From contig NC_081398.1 of the NCBI RefSeq assembly GCF_030684315.1, forward strand, positions 6,490,385 to 6,543,012: 52,628 nt of DNA, in the 5' to 3' direction. The stretch's first letter is position 1. Every line of letters begins with the position of its first letter. A program made the position numbers and the translations under genes. This DNA comes from Stegostoma tigrinum. Taxonomy: Eukaryota. Below are positions 1-12,030 of this stretch, in pieces. The notes under the pieces are model-generated. The model did not search any database. It was given only the letters and a program-made list of their open reading frames with translations, and was not told the DNA's origin.

Positions 1-254
1 TTCAAAGCTTGCTGGAGATTTCATTCCAGACAGCATTCTGAGGGAGATATCGGAGGAGTAGGGTTGAGGGTAACAGAAAGACAGCCACGTGTACTACCCG
101 CGAACCCCTGCCCTCTGTTCTCCTCCTCTCCAGCCCTGATTTCAACCATTATCCTCTCTCTCTTTCTGTCTCTCTCTCCTCCTCTCTCTCTCTCTCTCTC
201 TAATTCTCTCTCTCTCCACTTCTCTTTCTATCTCTCCCTCTCTCCAACCCAACT

Positions 255-565
255 CGGTACAGTCATAGAGCACAGAAACGGACCCTTTGGCCCAACCAGT
301 CCACACTGACCATAATTCGAAACTAAACTAGTCCCACCTGCCTGTGCTTGGCCCACATCCCTCCAAACTCTTCTCATTCATGTGCTTAAATAAATGTCTT
401 TTAAATGTTGTAACTGTACCTAAATCCACCATTTCCTCTGGCAGCCCATTTTATGTGCGAACCAGTCTGTGTAAAAAAAAATTGCCCCTCGTGGCATTTA
501 AAAATATTTCTCCTCTAACCTTAAAATAATATCCCCTAGTCTTGAAATCCCCCACCCTAGGGAAA
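255..565 (-). mobile_element. CR1 3' end
   Basis: Similar to the 3' ends at about 17393-17650 and 39640-39950. Confidence 0.7.
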
Positions 566-1000
566 GACTCTCTCTTTCTCTCAGTCTCTCTCTTTCTCTG
601 ACTGCCTCAGTCTCTCTCTCTCTCAACTCTTTCCCTCTCTTTCTGTCTCTCTCAGTCTCTGTTTCTCTGTCTTTCTCTCCCTCTCTCTCCCCATGTCTCT
701 CCCCGTTTCTCTTCCTCTCCCTCTGCCCTACCATCTGTGTCTGTCTCTCTCTCTCTGTTTCTTTCTCTCCCCTCTCTGTTCCCCTCTCTCTTCCCTTCTC
801 GCGCTCTCTCTCTCTCTGTCTTGCTTGTTGCATCTTTGGCTCTCTCCCTCTCCTCTTTTGTCTGCCTCTTTTTCTGACATTCTCTCTCTCATCGTTTCGC
901 TCTTTCCCTCCCTCTCTGTCTCCCTCCCTCTCGCTCCCTCTATCTCTCTCTCCATCTCAATCTATCTCTGTCTGTCCCTGTCTGTTTCTCACTCAAGGCT
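565..1000. repeat. CT-rich low-complexity tract (also about 120-250 and 35670-36030)
   Basis: (CT)n-like sequence. Confidence 0.9.
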
Positions 1001-1344
1001 CACACTCAGTGTGTTCCCAAGGGAGTCCTATCCTATCAGACACTCACTCATCTTTCAGATAGTGGCAATCTGAATTCACAAACTACCCTCCTTACCCAGT
1101 CTGATCTACACATGACTCCAGACACTACAACCAGTGTGGCTGACTCTTAAATGCCCCCCTGCAACAGCTGACCAAGCCCCTCAAGGGCAAACAGGGAAGG
1201 GCAATAAATGCTGGCCCAGCCAGACACACCCACATCCTGTGAATGATTTAAAACAGAATCAAATCTGATCCTGAGTAATTGCGTCTAGAAGCTGCTCTGT
1301 CACTGAAGTTAAGCTGACAGTGTTTGAGGCAACTGACTAATGCC

Positions 1345-1660
1345 TATGGCACAGGAAGAGGACCTTCAACCCATCCATGGATGGAACCAGAAAGAGGCTT
1401 TTTGGCCCATCTGTGGTGGATTATAGCACAGACAGAGGCCCTTCTGCCCATCTGTGGGGTTCCACAGTGCAAGATGGGGCCTTTCAGCCCATCTGTGGAG
1501 ATCTAGAGCATAGGAAGATGCCATTCTGCCAATCTGTGATGGTCTGGAGCCCAGGAAAAGGCATTTTAGCCCATCTGTGGAGCGCTATAGTAAAAGATGA
1601 GGCTTTTCAGCCCATCTGTGGAAGTCTACAGAACAGAAAAGGGCCATTCAGCCCATCTAT
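1345..1660. repeat. Degenerate ~40-bp tandem repeat, about 8 units
   Basis: Recurring ggcc(t/a)ttc(a/t)gcccatctgtgg about every 40 nt. Confidence 0.8.
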
Positions 1661-1938
1661 ATTAATCTCATTTCCCAGTACACTTGGCCCACAGCCTTGG
1701 TGTCGCAAGAGCACATCTCAACGCTTCCTCAAGGTGATGAGGGGTTTCTGCCTCTCCCACCCACACAGGCAGTGAGTTCCAGATTCCCCACCACCCTCTG
1801 GGCAAATCCCACCACCTTCGTTCAATGAGGGGGAAACAAATGCTTGCAATCCTTGAGTCTGGCGAGTCCAAGGAACAACTGAAAAATTGCGGCCTGTGCC
1901 TCCTCAATGTCCACCCTCCCTTCCTTCAAAATCCTCGG
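1660..1938 (-). mobile_element. CR1 fragments abutting the gene B V-exon donor
   Basis: PRILKEGRVDIEEAQAAIFQ resembles CR1 RT PRVLKEVALEIMDALVIIFQ (seen at 22.4 kb); CR1 3'-region sequence follows. Confidence 0.65.
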
Positions 1939-1943
1939 AATAC

Positions 1944-2306
1944 CTGATGCCTCAACTATCAAAACTGTTCCGTTCCCCTGTCCTCTCAGAATTGGGATGG
2001 GTCGCTCAATCTGAAGACGACAGTAATACGTCCCATCGTCTGACAGCTGGATGCTGTTGATGTGCAAGGTGATGAGCCCAGAGTTCCAATTGATGGAGAC
2101 ACTATTCCTGTGGCTTGTCCAGTTTTCAATACGATGGCATTTCTTCACCATATAGGAGAAGACAGTGTCATTATTTTTTTGCCATTCGATGGCAGCTTCG
2201 GAAATCTTCAGTGATGTGTTAAAGTTACAGTTTAGAGTTGCATCGGCTCCTTCTTTTACGGTGAGAGTTGAGGGAGATTGGATAATCAGGATTTCAGCAT
2301 GGGCAC
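1944..2306 (-). CDS. Gene B exon: VJ-type IgV domain, CD28/CTLA-4/CD28H(TMIGD2)/NKp30-like
   Basis: Acceptor ttcttctgtttgtacgtttcag|, donor TCAG|GTATTC, 363 nt, phase 1-1. Motifs IIQSP, EGADATLNC, IEWQK, ITLHINSIQLSDDGTYYC, and RLQIERPIPILRGQGNGTVLIV (Pro-containing F-G loop plus J-like GNGTxLxV). Confidence 0.9.
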
Positions 2307-2319
2307 CTGAAACGTACAA

Positions 2320-2760
2320 ACAGAAGAACATAAGAGATGGGAGCAGAAGTAGGCTGCCTCGAGTCTGCTCTGTCATTCAATAAGATCACAGCTGATCTTT
2401 TTTGTGGACTTAGCTCCCCTTACCCACCTGCTCACCATAACCCTCAATTCCTTCCCTGTTCAAAAATCTATCTAACAATAATTAATGAGATAGCCTCAAC
2501 TGCTTCACTGGGCAGGGAATTCCACAGATTCACAACCCTTTGGGTGAAAAAGTTCCTCCTCGACTCAGTCCTAAATCTGCTGCCCATTACGTTGAGGCTA
2601 TGCCTTCCCCCCAACTCCCCAAAGTTCTGGTTATACCCACCAATGGAAACAACCTCCCTATTTCCATCTGATCTATTCTCTTCAATATTTCATATGTTTC
2701 TACAAGAAACTCTTCCTCATTCTTCTAAATTCCAATGAGTATTGTCCCAGTGTGCTCAGT
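2320..2760 (-). mobile_element. CR1 3' end
   Basis: Antisense CR1 C-terminus and an atgttctt-type tail ending beside the V-exon acceptor. Confidence 0.75.
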
Positions 2761-2962
2761 CTCTCCAGATTGTGAAACATGTGGGGTTTGAAGAGAATCT
2801 TTGGGCACATTGCAAGTGTGTGAACCAACTGAGAGATAGCTAGCCACATCCAACATTCCATTTCTTGATCTGTAGGGATCCCAAATCTTTTTTTTTTGTC
2901 TTCTAGAAGGTTCCTGTTCCTGGAAAACCCATTTGAGTAGGGGCTTACATATCTTCACAACC

Positions 2963-3410
2963 ATTACGGACCAGACCAAACCCCCTCAAAACATTTTGAG
3001 AAGATAGATAATTTGAGAAACGTTTTTTCTTAATTTATAGGCAAGTGTAAGGTGTTGCATTCAGACACAATTGTTGAAGCAAAGCAGACAATATTCTTAC
3101 ACAATAGTTAAACTACAACAAAAGAGAAAGGAAATGAGAATAACTTAATTCTGTTGGAAAACTTAACAGAATCATAGATTATTTAACTACTAAACAGTAT
3201 CTGTTTCAATATAGTAACATCACATAAACCCAACCCTTGGCAAAGGCAAATTCAGTAAAATAGATTGTCTCACAGGCAGTTCTCCAGTCAGGGAGGAAAA
3301 AAAATTCAAGAGAAAACTCTGAGTGACAGAGACAGAGTAGCAGGGATTGATGTACTACAGCTTCCAAACACAGCTTCAAGACCCTAGCAATTGCTACTCA
3401 TTTAAAGATA
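2963..3410 (-). mobile_element. Solo LTR-like element, copy 1
   Basis: Its reverse complement is colinear with about 18750-19170 (ccttacacttgcct…gttttgagggg…tttggtctggtc). Confidence 0.55.
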
Positions 3411-3584
3411 CTGGTATGATGCTGAAATGAAGTCACTGTTGTCCACTCCCACTCCCTCACAAGAGAGACGACTGGTCGTTAGTCTCCGGCCTTCATGGTA
3501 ACCTCAGCTGTTGCGAGTATTGAACCCACACTGTAGCTGTCAGTCTGCATTGCAAACCAGCCAACTGAGCCCAGATGGATGAGA

Positions 3585-4165
3585 ATCATAGTGTCATACT
3601 ACACAGAAATAGACCCATTGGTCCAACCCGTCCACTGAGACGAGATATTCTAAATTAATCTAGTCCCATTTGCCTGCATTTGGCCCATATCGCTCTAAAC
3701 CCTTCTTATTCATGTAGCTGTCCAAATGTTGTCATTGTACTAGCCTCTACTACTTCCTCTGGCAGCTCATTTCATACGCGTTATAACTTGTTCTGCTTGA
3801 AAAGGTCACCCTTCAGGGCCCTTTTAAATCTTTCCCATTTCGTATTAAACCTATGCCTTCTAGTTTTGCACAGTGGGAAAAGACCTTGGCTGTTCACCCT
3901 CTCCATGCCCCTCATGATTTTATAAACCTCTATAAGGCCATCCGTCAGCCTCCAATGCACCAGGGAGAAGAGCCCAAACCTATCCAGCATTTCAAATCCT
4001 CCAGTCTCAGTAACAGCCTTGTAAAATATTTTTTGCATCCTTTCCAGTTTAATAACAGCCTTACTATAGCGGAGCAGCCAGAATTGTACACAGCACTCAC
4101 ATGCGGCCTCACCAATGTCTTGTAAGCGGTAACATGAAGTTTCAGCTCCTGTACTGCGCTCTCCA
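3585..4165 (-). mobile_element. CR1 3' fragment
   Basis: YKTLVRPH…CVQFW…LIEVYKIMRG. Confidence 0.8.
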
Positions 4166-4440
4166 TAACCCCCAGATCCCAAAGACAAAGGTCTGTCTGT
4201 CTCAGCTGTAAATGTACTCAGAGATGGAGCGTCCTCAAGTAAAGAAGCATTAGAGTAATGGAGTGACACAGCATGGAAACAGATCCTTCGGTCCAACTCG
4301 TCCATGCTGACCAGACATCCTAATCTGTTCTAGTCCCATTTTGCCAGCATTTGCACCACATCCATCTAAACCTTCATCTGGAGCTCTGGACCGCTCTAGC
4401 CATTGTCTGCCACTCAGAAAAAGAACCGTTTAATCCTAAA

Positions 4441-4615
4441 AGGAGCAGGAAAGCTGATGTTTCAGGTTGAGACCCTTCTTCAGACACTTTCTGAAGAAGG
4501 GTCCTATTCTGAAACATCAGCTTTCTTGCTTCTCTGATGCTGCCTGGCCTGCTATGTTCCCTCACCTCCACAAGGCGTGTTTTCTCAGAATCCAGCTTTG
4601 GCTGTTCTTACTATC
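4441..4615. mobile_element. Older palindromic PLE terminal fragment
   Basis: Inverted ctgaagaagggtc…gaaacatcag motifs at about 4455-4483 and 4491-4520. Confidence 0.6.
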
Positions 4616-4739
4616 TCTGTTTAATTCTACTGCTAGTTTCCAATTTACCAAACAGTTCTCTATCCATTTCATTACACCACCTCTGATCCCTTGCCCTCTA
4701 ATTCTGCATGCTATGTGAGGCCTTATTGAAAATCTGGGT

Positions 4740-5995
4740 AGGTTTACAACAAGACAGCAAAGATTTGAAATGGGCCTGTCGGGCAACTTTTTCACGCAGA
4801 GGGTGGCACATGTATGGAACGAGCTGCCAGGGGAAGTGGCTGAGGCTGGTACAATTACAACATTTAAAAGACATCTGGAAGAGTACATGAATGGGATGGG
4901 TTTACAGGGATCTGGGCCAAATGCTGGCAAATGGGACTAGATTTATTTAGGATATCAGTTTGTCATGGAAGTTTTGGACCAAAGGGTCTATTTCTGTGCT
5001 ATACATCTCTATGATTCTAACCCACATCTTCATCATCATATTTAGGCTAAAATTCCAGGTTTTTAATTCAGTTAAATATTTGCCATGGTAGGATTTGAAC
5101 CCGCGAACCCCTCAAATGGAAGAGTAAAGGCTAATGGTATTTCTAAAATTCAGATGAAAAGCAACATTTGATTTGATTTGTTTTATCGTTGTCACATGCA
5201 CCTGTATACAGTGAAAAATTTTGTTTTGCAAGCAGTACAGGCAGTTCCTAACAGACAAGGACATTCAGATCATAGGCAGAACGGGGCACACAAGGTTACA
5301 GGAGGTAAACAGAAGGTAGGCAGATGTAGAGCAACAAAATTTGAAGTTAGAGAGGTCCATTCAGCAGTCTAATATCAGCAAGGAAGAAGCTCTTCTTGAA
5401 CCTGTTGGGACATGTATTGAAGCTTCTGTTGCAACATGCAATGGGTTTCAGACCACAGACAATTTGGGATCGGAAATAAACACTCACCCAGCCAGCGACA
5501 CCCACGTCCTGCGAATGACCGAGGAGCCAAAGGGTCAGCACAAGGAGTTGATGACACAGGAGAGATTGAGTACACTAGGACTGTACTCATTGGAATTTAG
5601 AAAAATGCAGGATGCGATAATCTTACAGAAACATATAAAATTACAAAGAGAATAGATAAGATGGGAGCAAGGTTGCCTCCAATGGCGAGTGAAACTAGGA
5701 CTACACGGTACAGCCTCAAATAAGGGGAGAGCAGATTTAGGACCAAGCTGAGGAGGAGCTTGTTCACCCAAAGGATTGTGAATCTATGGAATTCCCTGCC
5801 CAGTGAAACAGGTGAGGCTGTTCCCCTAACTGTTTCAAGGCAAAGATAGATAGATTTTTGAACAGTAAAGGAATTTAGGGCTAGAGTGAGCAGGCAGGTA
5901 AGTGGAGCTGAGTCCACAAGAAAGATCTGTTCAGATCTTATTGAATGACAGAGCAGGCTCAAGGGGCTTACTCCTGCTCCTGTTTCTTATGTTCT
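4740..5995 (+). mobile_element. Two CR1 3' fragments (about 4740-5020 and 5550-5995) with another LINE 3' remnant between them
   Basis: FFTQRV…WNxLP region and ctatgattct / ttatgttct tails. The 5170-5440 segment resembles a Rex1/Babar-type 3' end on the minus strand (lower confidence). Confidence 0.65.
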
Positions 5996-6139
5996 GAGAC
6001 CAAGTTAGAATTTAAATCGATTGCGTTAAAAATCCACCAGTGACCCTGATGGGATTTGATTCTCCGTCAGCACAGAAATCGAACCTGGGCATTATCCACC
6101 CAACAGAGTACAGCTAGAATTCTCTCACTGCATTCCTAC

Positions 6140-6206
6140 CTTCAGGATCCCAGTCCAACAAGACGAGCAGGGCAGTGAAAGTACTTAAGACAGCTTCAGG
6201 CCCCAT
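6140..6206 (-). CDS. Gene B exon: signal peptide (MGPEAVLSTFTALLVLLDWDPE-G)
   Basis: Kozak-like AAAATGG at 6206, hydrophobic core, donor GAAG|GTAGGA after 6140. The 67 nt end in phase 1 and join in frame to the V exon at 2306 (…PEG-AHA/EILIIQ). Confidence 0.72.
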
Positions 6207-6256
6207 TTTGTCTGGCTTGGATGGTTATCTGCCTCTGTTTGTCTTCTCACTGCAGC

Positions 6257-6264
6257 TTTTTATG
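6257..6264 (-). promoter_or_regulatory. TATA-like element (CATAAAAA) upstream of the gene B ATG
   Basis: About 50 nt 5' of the leader ATG on the minus strand. Confidence 0.35.
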
Positions 6265-7100
6265 CTGTGCACTGTATCCTACCATTGACTGTAGTTGGAT
6301 AGGATGTGGGCAGGTTCCTTCAACTGATTGCTGCTGAGCATTAAGCATTTAGAGGTGAGATTTCACGTTAATTGAGTTTATGTTTTTTATTAATCTGTAA
6401 GGCTGGGACACCACATCCGGCCTTACATCTCACAGCACACATATGCGAGCTGGTGGTCACACTGTTGGTTTGCACAACCATGAGACAGTGGCTCTATAGG
6501 TATTCCCAGTGTCTACAGTCTTTATTGTCTCTGTTTGGCTCAGCTGGGAATTTTCTCAACGACGTCTATAGCCCATCCCTAATTAACCTCATGAGAAAGT
6601 GTTGGGGAGCCACTTTTATCAGGCAGTGCAACAAGGGAACACGCTTTTGGCAAGGATGTCACCAGATTCAAGTAATAGTATCTCGTTTTAGAGAACAAGG
6701 TGCGAGAGAGAATGCTAAAGTCCTTCGGTGTGGTTTGGATGAGTTGAGTGAGTGGGCAAATGCATGGCAGATGCAGCATAATGTGGATCAATGTGAGGTT
6801 ATCCACTTCTATATGACAAACACAGCTTCCAAAAATCAACAACAGATGGACGGTCCGGATTTGGCTCTTAATTCCACCTTTATTTAATTATCGAATTCAA
6901 ATTTTGCCATCTTCAAACACTATTGTTAAAATGGAAACAAAAGAAAGAAGAACTTCAAATAACCTAACAAAAACAGGAAGGAAGATTATTATCTGAATGG
7001 CTAACTGGACCCAGGGTGGCCATGTATCCCAAATGCTGAGAGTGTGCATTGAAGTTCAACTGGCAGTGAGGAAGGCAAATGGTATGTCAGTCCTTCAGAG

Positions 7101-7418
7101 AATAGAATCGAATCCCTACAGTGTGGAAATAGGCCCTTTGGCCCAACAGGTCCAGGCTGAACCTCCGAGAATCCCACCCAGACCCATCCCCCTTTCACCC
7201 ACCTAATCTATACCTCTCTGAGCACTATGAGCAATTTAGCACGGCCAAACCACCCTAACCTGCATATCTTTAGACTGTGGTAGGAAACTAGAGCACCCAG
7301 AGGAAACCCACGCAGACACAGGGGAATGTGCAAACTCCACACAGACAGTCACCTGAGGGTGGGATTGAACCCAGGTCCCTGGCGCTGTGAAGCAGCAGTG
7401 CTAACCACTGTGTCACCA
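7101..7418 (-). mobile_element. HE1-type V-SINE (tRNA head, V domain, CR1-like tail)
   Basis: Minus strand: ggtgacacagtggttagcactgctgc…gggttcaatccc…tgtgtggagtttgcacattc…ccacagtc…ttccacactgtagggattc. Confidence 0.85.
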
Positions 7419-7529
7419 TTTCACCCTTAGTAAGGGGCTCAAGGATATGAGTGGGGATGTCTTCCTGCAACTGTACAGGACGTTGGTGACAGCACATCAG
7501 GAGTATTGTCTTTAGTCCTGATGCTACAT

Positions 7530-10500
7530 CTGACTGGGAGCACTGTGTACAATCCGGTCTCTATTTCAACTGTTTACACTCTGATCTTTATATCTCAGCA
7601 GGAGCACTGTGTACTGTCCAGTCTCCATATCACACTGGGCGAGCACTGTTTACAATCTGGCCTGAATATTACACTGGGAGCACTCTGTACAATCCAATCT
7701 CTATATCACACTGGGGGAGCACTCTATGCAGTCCAGTCTCTATGTGACACTGGGGGAGCACTACGTACAGTCCAGTCTCTAGTCTGGTCTCTATGTCAGA
7801 CGAGGGGAGCAATGTGTACAGTCCAGTCTCTATATCACACTGGGGGAGCATTCTGTACAGTCTGGTCTCTATGTCAGACGAGGGTTGCAATGTGTACGGT
7901 CCAGTCTCTATATCACACTGGGGGAGCACTGTGTGCAGTCCAGTCTCTTTCTCACACTGGGGGAACACTCTGTACAGTCTGGTCTCTATATCAGACTAAG
8001 GGAGCACTGTATATAGTCCAGTCTATATATTACACTGGGGGAGCACTCTATACAGTCCAGACTCTATATCACACTGGGGAACACTGTGTACAATCCAGTC
8101 TCTATATCACACTGGGGAAGGACTGTGTACAATCCGGTCTCTATATCACACTGGGGGAGCACTGTGTACAATCCAGTCTCCGTATCGCACTGCGGGAGCA
8201 CTGTGTACAGTCCAGTCTGTATATCACACTGGGACCACTCAGTACAGTCTGGTCACTATATTACATTGGGAGCACTGTATATAGTCCAGTCTCACACTGG
8301 GGGAGCATTGTGTACAATCCGGTCTCTATATCACACTGGGGAGCACTGTGTACAGTCCGGTCTCTATATCACACTGGGGGAGCATTCTGTACAGTCTGGT
8401 CTCTATGTCAGACGAGGGGAGCAATGTGTACAGTCCAGTCTCTATATCACACTGGGGGAGCATTCTGTACAGTCTGGTCTCTATGTCAGACGAGGGGAGC
8501 AATGTGTACAGTCCAGTCTCTATATCACACTGGGGGAGCATTCTGTACAGTCTGGTCTCTATGTCAGACGAGGGTTGCAATGTGTACGGTCCAGTCTCTA
8601 TATCACACTGGGGGAGCACTGTGTGCAGTCCAGTCTCTTTCTCACACTGGGGGAACACTCTGTACAGTCTGGTCTCTATATCAGACTAAGGGAGCACTGT
8701 ATATAGTCCAGTCTATATATTACACTGGGGGAGCACTCTATACAGTCCAGTCTCTATATCACACTGGGGAACACTGTGTACAATCCAGTCTCTATATCAC
8801 ACTGGGGAAGGACTGTGTACAATCCGGTCTCTATATCACACTGGGGGAGCACTGTGTACAATCCAGTCTCCGTATCGCACTGCGGGAGCACTGTGTACAG
8901 TCCAGTCTGTATATCACACTGGGAGCACTCTGTACAGTCTGGTCACTATATTACATTGGGAGCACTGTATATAGTCCAGTCTCACACTGGGGGAGCATTG
9001 TGTACAATCCGGTCTCTATATCACACTGGGGAGCACTGTGTACAGTCCGGTCTCTATATCACACTGGGGGAGCATTCTGTACAGTCTGGTCTCTATGTCA
9101 GACGAGGGGAGCAATGCGTACAGTCCAGTCTCTATATCACACTGGGGGAGCATTCTGTACAGTCTGGTCTCTATGTCAGACGAGGGGAGCAATGTATACA
9201 GTCCCGTCTCTATATCACACTGGGGGAGCATTCTGTACAGTCTGGTCTCTATGTCAGACGAGGGGAGCTATGTATACAGTCCAGTCTCTATATCACACTG
9301 GGGGAGCATTCTGTACAGTCTGGTCTCTATGTCAGACGAGGGGAGCAATGTGTACAGTCCAGTCTCTATATCACACTGGGGGAGCACTGTGTGCAGTCCA
9401 GTCTCTTTCTCACACTGGGGGAACACTCTGTACAGTCTGGTCTCTATATCAGACTAAGGGAGCACTGTATATAGTCCAGTCTATATATCACACTGGGGGA
9501 GCACTGTGTACAATCCAGTCTCCGTATCACACTGCGGGAGCACTGTGTACAGTCCAGTCTATATATCACACTGGGGAGCACTGTGTACAGTCCGGTCTCT
9601 ATATCACACTGGGGGAGCATTCTGTACAGTCTGATCTCTATGTCAGACGAGGGGAGCAATGTGTACAGTTCAGTCTCTATATCACACTGGGGGAGCACTG
9701 TGTGCAGTCCAGTCTCTTTCTCACATTGGGGGAACACTCTGTACAGTCTGGTCTCTATATCAGACTAAGGGAGCACTGTATATAGTCCAGTCTATATATC
9801 ACACTGGGGGAGCACTGTGTACAATCCAGTCTCCGTATCACACTGCGGGAGCACTGTGTACAGTCCAGTCTATATATCACACTGGGACCACTCAGTACAG
9901 TCTGGTCTCTATATCAGACTAAGGGAGCACTGTATATAGTCCAGTCTATATATCACACTGGGGGAGCACTGTGTACAATCCAGTCTCTTTATCACACTGC
10001 GGAAGGACTGTGTACAATCCGGTCTCTATATCACACTGGGGGAGCACTGTGTACAATCCAGTCTCCGTATCGCACTGCAGGAGCACTGTGTACAGTCCAG
10101 TCTGTATATCACACTGGGACCACTCAGTACAGTCTGGTCACTATATTACATTGGGAGCACTGTATATAGTCCAGTCTCACACTGGGGGAGCACTGTGTAC
10201 AATCCGGTCTCTATATCACACTGGGGGAGCATTCTGTACAGTCTGGTCTCTATGTCAGACGAGGGGAGCAATGTGTACAGTCCAGTCTCTATATCACACT
10301 GGGGGAGCATTCTGTACAGTCTGGTCTCTATGTCAGACGAGGGGAGCAATGTGTACAGTCCAGTCTCTATATCACACTGGGGGAGCATTCTGTACAGTCT
10401 GGTCTCTATGTCAGACGAGGGGAGCTATGTATACAGTCCAGTCTCTATATCACACTGGGGGAGCATTCTGTACAGTCTGGTCTCTATGTCAGACGAGGGT

Positions 10501-11045
10501 TGCAATGTGTACGGTCCAGTCTCTATATCACACTGGGGGAGCACTGTGTGCAGTCCAGTCTCTTTCTCACACTGGGGGAACACTCTGTACAGTCTGGTCT
10601 CTATATCAGACTAAGGGAGCACTGTATATAGTCCAGTCTATATGTTACACTGGGGGAGCACTGTGTACAATCCAGTCTCCGTATCACACTGCGGGAGCAC
10701 TGTGTTCAGTCCAGTCTATATATCACACTGGGGGTGCACTGTGTACAGTCCAGTCTCTACACTACACTGGAAGCACTGTGTACAGTCCAGTCCTTCTATC
10801 ACACTGGGAGCACTCTGTACAGTCCAGTCTCTATATCACACTGGGGGAGCACTGTATATAATCCAGTCTCTATATCCCACTGGGGGAGCACTGTGTACAG
10901 TCCAGTCCCTATATTACACTGGGATCACTGTGTACAGTACAGTCTCTATATCCCACTGGGGGAGCACTGTCTGCAGTCCAGTCCCTATATCACACTGGGA
11001 TTACTGTGTACAGTCCAGTCTCTATGTCACACTTGGGTAATACTG
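7530..11045. repeat. 39-bp minisatellite, about 3.5 kb, with higher-order structure
   Basis: Unit about ACACTGGGGGAGCACTGTGTACAGTCCAGTCTCTATATC, with 78-bp dimers and a 690-bp block duplication (identical ORF starts at 8086/8776 and 8348/9038). Confidence 0.95.
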
Positions 11046-11334
11046 TGTATATGTTACCCAAAGGCAGTGCCAGATTCGAGGACTGTGATTCACTCACATT
11101 AACTGAGTTTTTTAAGCTGATTTTCTAGATTAGAGTTCTCTTCTCCATTACCCGGAATGCTGGGTGGATCCTGATAGACCTTAAATTAGGTTAGTCAAGA
11201 ACTAGAGACAGATGGTTCAGGAAAGTTATTCAGAACCACTTCTATACACGTAGAGTGGGCGATGTTTGGCACTCTCTTACACAAGGGGCAATGTTTGCTG
11301 AACGAGCTGTTAATTCATTGAACACAGTCATTGA

Positions 11335-12030
11335 AGAGGCTATGGCCTTGTGGTAGTATTGTTGGATGGTTAATCCAGAGGTGCGTAAAGTTCTGGCAAC
11401 CCAGGTTCAAATCCCCCCACAGATGATGCAGTTTGAATTTAAGACAAATCTGGAATTAAGACTGTAATGGTGACATGAATTGACTGCTGGAAAGCCCATC
11501 TGGTTCACTAATGAAATGTGATTGTGTTTGGCATGGCATCCACTCCCTCCACCACTGACGCTCAGTAGCAGCAGATGCACTGCAGAAATTCACCAAAGAT
11601 CCTTAGACAGCACCTTCTAAACCCCCAACCACTTCCATCTTGAACAACAAGGGCAGCGGGTACATGGGAACATGACCTTCAAGTTCTGATCATCCTGACT
11701 TGGAAAATATATCCTCATTCCTTCACTGAGTTATAATCCTGGATTACCCTCCCTGGTGGCATTATCTAGAGCACATGGACTGCAGTGGTTTAAGAAGGCA
11801 GCTCACCACTACCTTCTTCAGGGCAACTACTGATGGGCAATAAATGCTGACAGACAGTAATGCCCCCATCCCACAAATTAATCAAAAAACAACCTAACCT
11901 GCTCTAGCCTACATGTGACTCCTGACCTACAGCAATATTGTTGACTCTTAAATACCCTTGGGGCAATTAGCGATGGGTAATAAATGCTGGCCGAGCCAGT
12001 GATTCCCTCATTCTGTGAATGAGTTTTAAA
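11335..12030 (+). mobile_element. SINE and LINE 3' ends sharing the GGGCAATAAATGCTGG…CCCATCC tail
   Basis: The same tail recurs at about 1085-1250(+), 36760-36940(-), 40320-40590(-) and 47715-47895(+). Confidence 0.65.

Noticed and set aside
1-45. Next gene B exon after a minus-strand polypyrimidine/AG
   Set aside because: The phase-1 frame stops after a few codons and the window ends; it cannot be supported.
498-1073. ER-rich and SL-rich ORFs
   Set aside because: Translations of CT/GA microsatellite; the same applies at 35.6-36.1 kb and 48.9-49.4 kb.
5487-5553. Alternative gene B leader (HQLLVLTLWLLGHSQDVGVAGW|GTGAGT)
   Set aside because: No ATG or acceptor in frame, and the donor is phase 0, which does not fit the V exon. 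The 6206-6140 exon fits better.
7530-11045. CRISPR-like array
   Set aside because: Contiguous tandem units without unique spacers, no cas genes, vertebrate context. The same applies to the arrays at 31.5-34.9 kb and 49.6-50.1 kb.
1944-11045. Rearranging antigen-receptor locus (V exon plus many CACTGTG heptamers in the satellite)
   Set aside because: The V exon already contains its J-like G strand and ends in a splice donor. No heptamer-12/23 spacer-nonamer RSS was seen.
7506-11102. Long ORFs (up to 759 aa) of repeated CTVQSLYHTGGA
   Set aside because: They arise from a 39-bp (13-codon) minisatellite that is open in several frames; no exon structure.
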